The position numbers were made by a program, and so were the translations under genes. A DNA stretch of 32,000 nucleotides from Candidatus Babelota bacterium. GTDB lineage: Bacteria > Babelota > Babeliae > Babelales > Vermiphilaceae. Position 1 is the first letter of the stretch. Every line of letters begins with the position of its first letter. The stretch is taken from the NCBI GenBank assembly GCA_039809905.1, contig JBDHVY010000001.1, positions 270,001 through 302,000 on the forward strand, written 5' to 3'. The notes below the pieces were generated by a model that did no database searches, had not been told where the DNA came from, and saw only the letters and a list, made by a program, of their open reading frames with translations. Of the stretch, positions 1 through 8,560 are shown piece after piece.

Positions 1-1
1 G

Positions 2-526
2 AGCTTCACTATTAAGTCGTATCTAAAACACACACATAGAGATATTCGTAATCTGAACGATGTTGAAAAAAGACCTTTATACTATTTTATTGACATCAAC
101 AATACAAAAGAAATTTTACTTATAAAAAACAATTTGGATCACTATTATATTTATGGCGCCATATGTTTAACATATAATCAGCAAATAATTATGGACTTTA
201 CTTATTATGATCTTATTGATCAATTATGGGGATATTTTTTAAATATGATTGAAGAATTCTTAGAAAAGAAAAAATCAGAAATGTCTTTCCCTGACCAACC
301 TCTACCAATATCTATGCACAAATTATCTGATGAATACATTCTTTTTTCAGTAGGATTTGCTGAATGGACTCTACCAAAATATGAATTTTTTAATGCTCTG
401 CTCACAGGAGCTAAAGACTTTTTTGAAAAAATGATGTTATTAGTTGAGGAAAATAACAATTATCACATCTATGCTTTAAAAAAAATAAAAAACCTAGAAA
501 ACAAAATTTCGGATTTAAAAAGATAA
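2..526 (+). CDS. hypothetical protein, probably 5'-partial (reading frame open to window edge)
   Basis: The track ORF 134-526 starts at TTG. I translated the same frame upstream and found no stop back to position 2 (SFTIKSYLKHTHRDIRNLNDVEKRPLYYFIDINNTKEILLIKNN...). No recognisable motif. Confidence 0.4.
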   Translation, partial: SFTIKSYLKHTHRDIRNLNDVEKRPLYYFIDINNTKEILLIKNNLDHYYIYGAICLTYNQQIIMDFTYYDLIDQLWGYFLNMIEEFLEKKKSEMSFPDQPLPISMHKLSDEYILFSVGFAEWTLPKYEFFNALLTGAKDFFEKMMLLVEENNNYHIYALKKIKNLENKISDLKR

Positions 527-600
527 TGTTCACTGTAAAATCCTATATCAAATATCCGAAAAAAATATTTATAACCTTAATTTAGAAATTTAATAAAATC

Positions 601-1044
601 ATGAAAAATATATTTAAACTTCCCGCATACGTTGGCATTATTCTCAAAAAAGAAAATCAGATTTTACTCGTACAACGTCATAACACTGATTGGGCCTCCG
701 GTTATTGGAATTTTCCCGGCGGATTGCTTGAAGAAAATGAAACATTAACAACTGCAGCTGCACGTGAAACCGCTGAAGAAATTGGAGTGAGTGTTAATCC
801 TACTGATTTTATTTTTTCTCATGTTTTACACATTCGTGCAAATAACAAGAATACACAGGATATCATCGGATTTTACTTCATCGCAGAACAATGGAATGGC
901 ACTATAGAAAATAAAGAGCCACATCGTCATAGCGATGTGGCTTGGTTTGACTTGAATAATTTACCAACAGATATTACGGAACATGCATTGCTGGCAATAG
1001 AAAGCATCAAAACTCATAAACAATATTTTGAAAATGGCTGGTAA
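601..1044 (+). CDS. NUDIX hydrolase
   Basis: Nudix box GLLEENETLTTAAARETAEEIGV fits G-x5-E-x7-R-E-U-x-E-E-x-G-U. Confidence 0.85.
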   Translation: MKNIFKLPAYVGIILKKENQILLVQRHNTDWASGYWNFPGGLLEENETLTTAAARETAEEIGVSVNPTDFIFSHVLHIRANNKNTQDIIGFYFIAEQWNGTIENKEPHRHSDVAWFDLNNLPTDITEHALLAIESIKTHKQYFENGW

Positions 1045-1521
1045 TTATAAACCGCTTTCTTCAATATCTCGTAATGCATCTTGCATGCCAACAAAACTTT
1101 TAACCTTAACCCATTTGCCTGGTTCTGTGCTTTTGTAATTTTCAAAAAAGTGTTTGATCATGTTTTTGGTAGCATCATCAAGATCTGCCAAATCATTGAT
1201 ATTGGCATAAAAAGGATCAACTTTTTTGGTTGGGACAGCAATAATTTTGTTATCAATTCCCGCTTCATCTTCCATTTCAAGCATGCCAATCACGCGTGAA
1301 GGAATAAATGAACCTGCTTGAACTGGATATGATGAAATAACCATTACATCAACCGGATCACCATCTTTTGCAAGCGTATTTGGAATATAACCATAATTAA
1401 ATGGATATGCCATAGCAGTATACATAAAGCGGTCTACCACCAGCATTCCTGTTTCTTTTTCTACCTCGTACTTAATCATCGAATTTTTAGGGATTTCAAT
1501 CAAAACATTGATTTGTTGCAT
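1045..1521 (-). CDS. ppa: inorganic pyrophosphatase (family I)
   Basis: Typical family I PPase sequence (YEVEKETG...VDRFMYTAMAYPFNYGYIPNTLAKDGDPVDVMV) and length of 158 aa. Confidence 0.95.
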   Translation of the reverse strand: MQQINVLIEIPKNSMIKYEVEKETGMLVVDRFMYTAMAYPFNYGYIPNTLAKDGDPVDVMVISSYPVQAGSFIPSRVIGMLEMEDEAGIDNKIIAVPTKKVDPFYANINDLADLDDATKNMIKHFFENYKSTEPGKWVKVKSFVGMQDALRDIEESGL

Positions 1522-1613
1522 AAATTACCTTTGAAAACATAATTATATTTGAAACTTATAATAAGTTTACCAAAGAAAACAGCTTCTATCTATAGCATGA
1601 AAGTATAAGATCA

Positions 1614-2801
1614 TTATAGTTTTTTCATAAGCAACAAAATCATTGCTCCAAAACTGAGCATAGCCGCATACGTTAACCCTATAGTCGGCGATCCATAAGA
1701 CCATAAAAGACCTACTATAACGCTAGAAATCAAATCGCCAACCCCGTCAAGAGAATGCAATATGCCAAACCCTACTCCACGCATAGGTTCTGGTAGCATA
1801 AAAGATGCCTGTGCTTTTTCCAATACTTTCACGGTACCCGCGCTTAATCCAGCACATCCAAAGAAAAGTAACCAAAACCATAATGATGCAGTATTGACCA
1901 TAAAACCAAGTGCGGTAATACCAAAGCCACCAAAACCAAGCACTGCAAGTAATGTGGTACGATTACCATAATCGCTCAGCGTTCCAATACCAAACTCACT
2001 GATCGCTCGTATAATATTAAAAAATGCATAGAGCAGCACACCTTCTGCCGTGGCAACAATTGCTGATTGTTCATACCCAAGCAGCTCCTGTACACGATAA
2101 ATAAGCAATGCCTGATTAAAATTACCACAGCCAAACAAAAACATAATCGATAAAAAATAAATAAATTCTGAAGGAAGTTGTTTAATTGTTGAAAAAAATG
2201 TCACTTTCTCATCTTCATGATACTCACGTTTTTCTTCTGTTGTTATCAATAAAATAGAAAGTGCGGCACACAAACCAGGAATGAATGCTATAAAAAAAAT
2301 AGAGGGAAATGCATAATTCATTTTCAAAAGAACGAATGTTAGAATAGGGCCAATAAGCGCTCCCAAAGTATCCCATGCACGTTGCAATCCAAATGCTTTT
2401 CCATATGATGATGCAGACACAACACTTGCAAGCCATGTATCACGCATAGGTTCTCGCAAGCCTCTGCCAAACCATGCAACAATTTTATACAGAAGAATAG
2501 CAATTATTGATTGTGCTGTTCCAATTAAAGGAAGAAAAATGGCCACCAAACCATAGCCAATAATTAAAAATGGTTTATAGAAAGGAACCCTATCGGATAA
2601 CCATCCAGAAAATAATTTTGCAGCAGTTGAAACAGCATCGGAAAAACCTTGGATAAGGCCTAAAGCTAACGGTGCGTATGCTGCTCCGATTAATTGTGCA
2701 ACAAACATCGGCAAAATTGCGGTACTCATTTCATGGCACCAATCACCAAAAAAACTAGCTGAACAAAAACCAATAACATTTCTATTCAACCAGCTTTTCA
2801 T
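1614..2801 (-). CDS. MFS-type transporter
   Basis: 395 aa with about 12 hydrophobic segments. An MFS-like loop motif (GWLSDRVPFYKP) follows TM2. Confidence 0.75.
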   Translation of the reverse strand: MKSWLNRNVIGFCSASFFGDWCHEMSTAILPMFVAQLIGAAYAPLALGLIQGFSDAVSTAAKLFSGWLSDRVPFYKPFLIIGYGLVAIFLPLIGTAQSIIAILLYKIVAWFGRGLREPMRDTWLASVVSASSYGKAFGLQRAWDTLGALIGPILTFVLLKMNYAFPSIFFIAFIPGLCAALSILLITTEEKREYHEDEKVTFFSTIKQLPSEFIYFLSIMFLFGCGNFNQALLIYRVQELLGYEQSAIVATAEGVLLYAFFNIIRAISEFGIGTLSDYGNRTTLLAVLGFGGFGITALGFMVNTASLWFWLLFFGCAGLSAGTVKVLEKAQASFMLPEPMRGVGFGILHSLDGVGDLISSVIVGLLWSYGSPTIGLTYAAMLSFGAMILLLMKKL

Positions 2802-2834
2802 ATATCTTTCCTTAATAATTTACTTCACTCTACT

Positions 2835-3137
2835 TTATTTTCTTTTTAAGTTGTTCATAGTTTGGTTATGGCGTGCTGTAGTATTATGGCTTGTTGCATT
2901 TAAACGTGCTCCAAAACTAGCATGAGGATTAATACTTACTGTTTTTGCTGACCCAGCTTTCTTAATGTCTTCTTTCATTTTTCGATCAATTTGTTCTTGT
3001 CTGCGTTTTTGCGCTTCAGCTTCTTGTCTTTGTCTTTCTTTTTGCGCTTGATCCCGTGCAGATTGTGCAGCAAATATATTATTTGAACTAGCTAATAATA
3101 ATATTACCAACGACAAACTTCTTTTTGTGATGCGCAT
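2835..3137 (-). CDS. small secreted Q/K/R-rich protein
   Basis: Signal peptide (MRITKRSLSLVILLLASSNNIFA-AQ) followed by a charged coiled-coil-like stretch (QKERQRQEAEAQKRRQEQIDRK). Strong SD: TAAGGAG 6 nt upstream of the ATG on the minus strand. Confidence 0.6.
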   Translation of the reverse strand: MRITKRSLSLVILLLASSNNIFAAQSARDQAQKERQRQEAEAQKRRQEQIDRKMKEDIKKAGSAKTVSINPHASFGARLNATSHNTTARHNQTMNNLKRK

Positions 3138-3294
3138 GATTAGCTCCTTAGGTGGTAGTTATTTATGATAATACACACAAAATAATACTTGTTTTTATGC
3201 AGAAATTATAGATTTAAAAAAATAAAAAACTACACTTTTGAGTTTCTTCATTGTATAAAAATTAACATATACTTTTAACTTATCAAGGAGATTT

Positions 3295-3633
3295 ATGAAA
3301 AATACAATGAAGCTATGCCTTATTATAATATCATGCATATCTGCTACTACATATTGTGCTGAAAAACCACTGAATGCTGACAAAATTATTAGAAAAGCGC
3401 ATGCTACAGGCAAACCAATACCACAGGAAACAGTAAACAAAATAATGCAACAACAGCAGGATTTTCTAAAGCAACAATCATTCGATATGGCAAGAGTATC
3501 AATAAATAGTTATATTCACGCTCAACAGCCCATTCCTAAAAGAATTATTCGAATGGCAGATCAAGAAAGTGCTGCATTAGCAACCGCACATAACACAAAT
3601 CTTCTTCAACAAAAAATACAAGAACAAAAATAA
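3295..3633 (+). CDS. small secreted Q-rich protein
   Basis: Signal peptide (MKLCLIIISCISATTYCAE). SD AAGGAG about 6 nt upstream of ATG 3295. Confidence 0.6.
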   Translation: MKNTMKLCLIIISCISATTYCAEKPLNADKIIRKAHATGKPIPQETVNKIMQQQQDFLKQQSFDMARVSINSYIHAQQPIPKRIIRMADQESAALATAHNTNLLQQKIQEQK

Positions 3634-3638
3634 AATTT

Positions 3639-3670
3639 AGCTCAAATGATAGTTGCCTATCACTTGAGCT
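3639..3670 (+). terminator. stem-loop just after the stop of the 3295-3633 gene
   Basis: AGCTCAAATGATAG-ttgc-CTATCACTTGAGCT forms a 14-bp stem with one mismatch. The T-run (GTGTTTTTT) lies about 12 nt downstream rather than adjacent. Confidence 0.4.
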
Positions 3671-3718
3671 TAGACAAAGCTGTGTTTTTTACTTTAGAGT
3701 TCCGAAGATTATCTAAAG

Positions 3719-3888
3719 TTTTTAATTTTTATCCCCGCGCTCACCCTGAACTTGTTGAAGGGTTTCTTTGAGCGCTCGTAAAGAAACCCTTCAACAAGTT
3801 CAGGGCGAGCGCAGCGAGAAATGAACGCAGTGTTTACTGATAACCTTGTCGATGCATTAGGGCGAGCACATGGAATAAAAATTAAAAA
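3719..3888. repeat. MITE-like / palindromic intergenic element with GC-rich 33-bp hairpin core
   Basis: Terminal inverted repeats TTTTTAATTTTTATCC (3719-3734) and GGAATAAAAATTAAAAA (3872-3888). The core is inverted repeat 3737-3769 / 3780-3812 with one A/C mismatch. Imperfect flanking direct repeats are GAGTTCCGAAGATTATCT (3697-3714) and GAGTTTTCGGATAATCT (3903-3919). Confidence 0.45.
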
Positions 3889-4040
3889 AAATGAAATTTC
3901 TTGAGTTTTCGGATAATCTCTTAGCTAAAAAAATAGCTATATTTTAAAAAAAACTCATCTGATGGGGGCATTTGTTTCTTGGGGACAAAAATGAGATAAT
4001 AGTAAAGATACTTAAATATCACATATATAAGGCTATTTTT

Positions 4041-4631
4041 ATGAAAAAAATATTTCTCATTGTCTTTGCACTATTCTTTCAGCTTGGCGCGAATTCTCTA
4101 CAGCCTATCCAGCCATCTCCATCAGAGACTCCTCCCTCTGTTCCGTATTATTTAACTCCCGCTTATATAGAAGAAGAATCAAAAAAGCCTAATTTTTACA
4201 TTCGGCATGGAGAGGATTCTAACTGGTTCTATGGGAAAATTCATAATTTTTACGATGAAAAAATTTTCTTTGATAGAGATATATCAGGAAAACCCATTTA
4301 TAAAAAAATATCCGAACATGCCGCTGATAATCCTAAATTTGGCAAAGTTCTTTTGGTTCTTTATTACCACAAAAAAAAATATAAGAATCAATTTGTGATT
4401 ATGGGAACTTACTCAAATCAAGGTGCTCTTAAAAAATTCTTACGAAAAATGCAAACATTGTTCGGTTATTCACGCGGTGCAGCAACGTGGTGCCCGAAAC
4501 AAAATGCCCTTATTTTTCGCGCAATTGATATTAAAGTTGATTCAACAGGACATAGCGCTGATATTTCATTTGATTCACAAATAGGCAAAAAGTTTGAACA
4601 ATGGCTCGCGTCAAAAAAGACAAATAATTAA
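4041..4631 (+). CDS. secreted hypothetical protein
   Basis: The track ORF starts at TTG 3972. ATG 4041 gives a canonical signal peptide (MKKIFLIVFALFFQLGANS). No recognised domain. Confidence 0.6.
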   Translation: MKKIFLIVFALFFQLGANSLQPIQPSPSETPPSVPYYLTPAYIEEESKKPNFYIRHGEDSNWFYGKIHNFYDEKIFFDRDISGKPIYKKISEHAADNPKFGKVLLVLYYHKKKYKNQFVIMGTYSNQGALKKFLRKMQTLFGYSRGAATWCPKQNALIFRAIDIKVDSTGHSADISFDSQIGKKFEQWLASKKTNN

Positions 4632-4660
4632 GAGCTAATTATTTGTCTTTTTTTATTTTT
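4617..4660. terminator. intrinsic terminator, probably bidirectional
   Basis: Perfect 14-bp stem AAGACAAATAATTA-agagc-TAATTATTTGTCTT followed by TTTTTTTATTTTT. An A-run lies on the other side. It sits between convergent genes 4041-4631 (+) and 4700-5887 (-). Confidence 0.75.
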
Positions 4661-4699
4661 CTATGGCAAACGTCTTGCATATATCCTCTGGTAAATCAT

Positions 4700-5887
4700 T
4701 TAAAATAAATTCACGATTCGGTCTTTTACTGCATTCCAATAATTTAAAGCTTTAGTTTGTAATTCATTTAAAAAAGAGCTCCTTTGTAGAAGCTCTTTTT
4801 TTTCTATCAAAAAATAATTGGTAGTTCCATATAATCCCATTGTTATATCATCTTTAATAATATACACGGGAATGCGTTGCAATAATGGTCGCTTACTTTC
4901 TACACAGCTAAAATATGCAGGTAAGAAAATAGAAGAGAGCATTTCTGGATGCTCAGTTGCTGTTTCTCCAACTAAATAAATACCACCAAATGGCAATGTA
5001 TTCCATACAAAATTGTATACAAAGCGTGCATAAAAGGTATAAAACAATTCGGCTGCTTTTGCACAACATGCATCATCTTGCGCATTGGCCAAAATATTCA
5101 TAGCATCTGAGTAGTTTTTATCTGATGAACAACCTTTATAGTTCATATCTTGTAAAATGCGGTATAAACATTCAATTCCTGGTTGTGCTACAAAAAATGC
5201 CCAATGAATCGTTTTAAAATTACGCATTTCTCTCATGCGCAATGATAACTCTAATTCAAAAGCATCAAGCGCGGGAAAATCTCCCGTGCCCGCTTCTGCC
5301 GGAAAACTAATATAGGTCTTCTGCTCATCATTCCAAATCATGGAAACAGTACCCAATCCTGCACCAGCACCAATGATAACTCTTTTACCATTTTTCTCTG
5401 CTGAGGCATCATAGAGAGTGGTAATTTTGTTATCATCTACAAAATTCACTCCGTAACTCAGTGCTAAAAAATCATTTACTATGATTGCTGATATGAGATC
5501 ATCATTTTGTGCAATAATTTCTTTTGCATTAATCACGTATGGTAATCGCCAATGCTGCAAGTAATCTTGGTCAGCAGAAGGAACTCCGGGACCAGCAAAA
5601 CACGCATATTGTATGGTCATACCATAAATTTCATTCACATATGATAAAAATGTCTTGATTGCATCACTAAACGTTTGAATATCTTCATTTTTAATATGCG
5701 TTGAAAGAAGCAATTGCGGCTTATTGTCTTCAATAGAAAAAACTCCGCAATCTACTCCTTTATCACCACTTATAGTGGATAAGATGAGGTTATGCTTATC
5801 TGCCACACTCATATGCTCTTGGATTGTATACTTTTCAATTGCACTTAAACTGCTTGCACTGAGCAATAAAAATAAAACATATTTCAT
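4700..5887 (-). CDS. glucokinase-family (Glk-fold) protein, divergent, with N-terminal signal-like peptide
   Basis: By eye it aligns with E. coli Glk blocks: INDFLALSYG (INDFTAVS), RVIIGAGAGLGTV (AVYGAGTGLGVA), FPAEAGTGDFPA (LPGEGGHVDFAP), QPGIECLYRIL (GPGLVNLYRAI), GGIYLVGE (GGVFIAGG) and PVYIIKDD (PVYLIVHD). Confidence 0.6.
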   Translation of the reverse strand: MKYVLFLLLSASSLSAIEKYTIQEHMSVADKHNLILSTISGDKGVDCGVFSIEDNKPQLLLSTHIKNEDIQTFSDAIKTFLSYVNEIYGMTIQYACFAGPGVPSADQDYLQHWRLPYVINAKEIIAQNDDLISAIIVNDFLALSYGVNFVDDNKITTLYDASAEKNGKRVIIGAGAGLGTVSMIWNDEQKTYISFPAEAGTGDFPALDAFELELSLRMREMRNFKTIHWAFFVAQPGIECLYRILQDMNYKGCSSDKNYSDAMNILANAQDDACCAKAAELFYTFYARFVYNFVWNTLPFGGIYLVGETATEHPEMLSSIFLPAYFSCVESKRPLLQRIPVYIIKDDITMGLYGTTNYFLIEKKELLQRSSFLNELQTKALNYWNAVKDRIVNLF

Positions 5888-5952
5888 TAAGATGTCCTTA
5901 CCGTTTATAGCAGTTTACGGTTAATCAGAATTAATCTTTAGATCGTATCATT

Positions 5953-6621
5953 CTATACCAAATCAAGCAACCGCTTCATTGTGCGTTTGGCATACAACCA
6001 ACCAATAAAGGTAAAGCAACATAAAGCAATACAACACCAATGCCACGGCAAGCAATCACCTTGCCCCAGAAGCGCTGCACGAATACCTTCCATCACGTAC
6101 AAAACAGGATTGCATAAGAATGCATACGCAAGCGGCTGTGATAATTTATAAATTGAAGCCCATGAAAATTGAAAACCACCCATAAACCAGAGTGGAAAAA
6201 TAAAACGTGTCCACACATTTTCCATTTTGGATAATGCTCCAACATGCGCAGTAACAGCAAGCGTAAATACGCCAAAGAATATATTTGATAAAATCAATAT
6301 GATAACAAATTTAAGCCATGATATTTCTGCAAGGCTAAAATCGTTCCAAAACAATAGTTTGCCAAACGGTATCAACCCAAAACTTAAAATAATACCTATA
6401 AGTGAGTATGAAAATATAAGACTCCACAATAAAACCGTAGGACTCAATGGCAATGTTAAAAGATAATTGAGATGATTATCTCCTTCAATATCTGAGATAA
6501 AGCGAAAAGAATTACCATATATTTCAAAGAGACCCACCGTTGCTATCACTGTTGCCAACTGAAAACACCCATAACTTTGCGTAAGGCCATATTCCTGCAT
6601 AATATAACCCATGACCATCAA
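5953..6621 (-). CDS. ABC-2 type transporter permease, N-terminally interrupted by an in-frame TAA (possible pseudogene; conceptual gene 5953-6744)
   Basis: Paralog of the 7526-8317 permease. The same frame upstream (ATG at 6744) encodes MNNGLFRFSDILCKLTKTHFYIARQ-TAA-LVDKTINLYIWAFCSLMVMGYIMQ, colinear with the N-terminus of the paralog. Confidence 0.7.
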   Translation of the reverse strand: MMVMGYIMQEYGLTQSYGCFQLATVIATVGLFEIYGNSFRFISDIEGDNHLNYLLTLPLSPTVLLWSLIFSYSLIGIILSFGLIPFGKLLFWNDFSLAEISWLKFVIILILSNIFFGVFTLAVTAHVGALSKMENVWTRFIFPLWFMGGFQFSWASIYKLSQPLAYAFLCNPVLYVMEGIRAALLGQGDCLPWHWCCIALCCFTFIGWLYAKRTMKRLLDLV

Positions 6622-6753
6622 TGAGCAAAAAGCCCAAATATATAAATTAATTGTTTTATCAACTAATTATTGTCGTGCAATATAAAAATGAGTTTTGGTG
6701 AGTTTACATAAAATATCAGAAAATCGAAATAAACCATTATTCATATATATTCC

Positions 6754-7500
6754 CTATTCATCGCCAGATGCATTATTATCCATCAATGCAATAAATACAT
6801 CTTCTAAATTTCCCATATTAAAATCTGCTTTTAATTTATCAGGCGTTTCAATTAATTTAATCAATCCACCATCAAGCACACACACACGATCAGAAAGTTG
6901 TTCGGCTTCATCAAGATAATGCGTTGTTAAAATAACGGTTACACCAAGTGCCTTTAAATCCTTAATTTGTTGCCATAATTGACGCCTAATATGAGGATCA
7001 AGACCAACTGTTGGTTCATCCAAAATAACCAGTTGTGGATTATGCATTAATGCTCGCGCAATCATAAAACGCTGTTTATAACCACCAGAAAGAACTGAAG
7101 CCTTTTGATGTAAATACTGAGCCAAATCAAATTGAGTAACCAATTGCTCAAGACGTGTATTGATCTGTTCTTGTGTCATCCCATAATAACTACCAGAAAA
7201 ACGTAAGTTTTGTTCGAGAGTCAGTTCTGGATTTAAATTTGGCCGCTGAGGACAAAAACCAATATGATAGCGATATGTTGCGATATCGGAGTAAATTGAT
7301 GCACCTTCAAATTCAATATCACCTTCTGTTGGCGGATGAAGCGTTGCAATAATTGATGATAATGTCGTTTTCCCCGCACCATTAACACCTAAAAGTCCTA
7401 AAATTTCGCCTTTATAAATATCAAGAGAAACACCTTTGAGCGCTTCTTTTGAGTCATATTTTTTTTTGATATTTTTTATCTTTAATAAAACATCATTCAT
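6754..7500 (-). CDS. ABC transporter ATP-binding protein
   Basis: Walker A GVNGAGKTT, signature LSGGYKQR, Walker B LVILDEPT and H-loop TTHYLDEA. Confidence 0.95.
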   Translation of the reverse strand: MNDVLLKIKNIKKKYDSKEALKGVSLDIYKGEILGLLGVNGAGKTTLSSIIATLHPPTEGDIEFEGASIYSDIATYRYHIGFCPQRPNLNPELTLEQNLRFSGSYYGMTQEQINTRLEQLVTQFDLAQYLHQKASVLSGGYKQRFMIARALMHNPQLVILDEPTVGLDPHIRRQLWQQIKDLKALGVTVILTTHYLDEAEQLSDRVCVLDGGLIKLIETPDKLKADFNMGNLEDVFIALMDNNASGDE

Positions 7501-7525
7501 GTAATTTTTCCTTTATGATTAATTT

Positions 7526-8317
7526 TTATACAAAATCGAGTAAGCGTTTCATTTTATAGTACGCATAAGACCAACAAATCATGATGTAACAACAAAGAGC
7601 TGCGCAGCAAAACTCCCATGGTAAAAATGCCGATGTACCTAATAATGCTCCTCGCATTCCTTCAGCAACAAAGGTAATAGGATTACACAAAGTCAAATAC
7701 GCAGCAGGAGCTGATACTACATACAAAGCTTTCCATGAAAATTGGTAACATCCCAAAAACCATAATGGCCAAATAAAACGCATCCAAATATTTCTCATTT
7801 TTGAGATTTTTCCAACATGCGCTATCATCGCAATGGTGAACAGAGAGAAGAAGGTATTTGCCAAAAGCGCTATGATAATAAACTTAATCCATGATATTGC
7901 AGCAATATCAAAGCGATTATAAAGAACTAATGAACCAAATGGTAATAATACAGCAGTCAAAAATAAGCTCACGAGACCATAAGAACACGCCATACTCAAT
8001 AACACTGTTGCCGGTTTTGCAGGAAGCGTAAGATAATATGAAATATTACGATCTCCACCAATATCCATAATGGTCTTTGTTGCTGAATTATAGACTTCAA
8101 AAAGACCTACAACCGCAACAATTGATGCAAACTGAAATACGCCATAGCCACTAGCCAAACCAAAGTTCTGCATGATATATCCCATAATAACGAGCGTTAT
8201 ACTGGTCCATATATATAAATTAATGATCTGATCCCACAAACCCTTGCGCGCGATCAATAACTGAGTACTCACCAATTTACAAAAAATATCAAAATATCGA
8301 ACACATCCTATGCCCAT
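7526..8317 (-). CDS. ABC-2 type transporter permease
   Basis: 263 aa with six hydrophobic segments. Adjacent to the ABC ATPase and paralogous to 5953-6621. Confidence 0.85.
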   Translation of the reverse strand: MGIGCVRYFDIFCKLVSTQLLIARKGLWDQIINLYIWTSITLVIMGYIMQNFGLASGYGVFQFASIVAVVGLFEVYNSATKTIMDIGGDRNISYYLTLPAKPATVLLSMACSYGLVSLFLTAVLLPFGSLVLYNRFDIAAISWIKFIIIALLANTFFSLFTIAMIAHVGKISKMRNIWMRFIWPLWFLGCYQFSWKALYVVSAPAAYLTLCNPITFVAEGMRGALLGTSAFLPWEFCCAALCCYIMICWSYAYYKMKRLLDFV

Positions 8318-8384
8318 ATTTTTATCCTTATATGTTTGTTGAAAACATGATTAAAAAAATGTCTATTCAATAGCTGATTCATCG

Positions 8385-8436
8385 CCAAAAAAACTAAAAA
8401 AAGTATAAAAAAGAAATCTGCTTGTAGTGTACAAGC
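8385..8436 (-). terminator. terminator/attenuator-like hairpin plus U-tract inside the leader of the ABC-2 operon
   Basis: On the minus strand, GCTTGTA-cac-TACAAGC (8436-8420) is followed by AGATTTCTTTTTTATACTTTTTTAGTTTTTTT. No upstream minus-strand gene ends here. Confidence 0.4.
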
Positions 8437-8493
8437 GGAATACAGACCCTCTGTGGTAAAAAGCTTTACCAATGAGGCTTTATAAATGAGTAA

Positions 8494-8517
8494 TTAACCT
8501 AAAAAAGTGATTTCCAT
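8494..8517 (-). CDS. candidate 7-codon leader peptide (MEITFLG)
   Basis: On the minus strand, GAAGGAG lies 8 nt before ATG GAA ATC ACT TTT TTA GGT TAA. It sits between a promoter-like element and the hairpin/U-tract. Confidence 0.3.
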   Translation of the reverse strand: MEITFLG

Positions 8518-8560
8518 AATAGTGGCTCCTTCAACAGGAATATATTTGATCTTATATATT

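Noticed and set aside
4371-4379. An A9 homopolymer inside CDS 4041-4631, and similar T9/A8 runs in other genes, as possible phase-variation slippage sites.
   Set aside because: Runs of this length encode Lys/Phe tracts and are expected by chance in such AT-rich coding sequence. There is no frameshifted continuation ORF.
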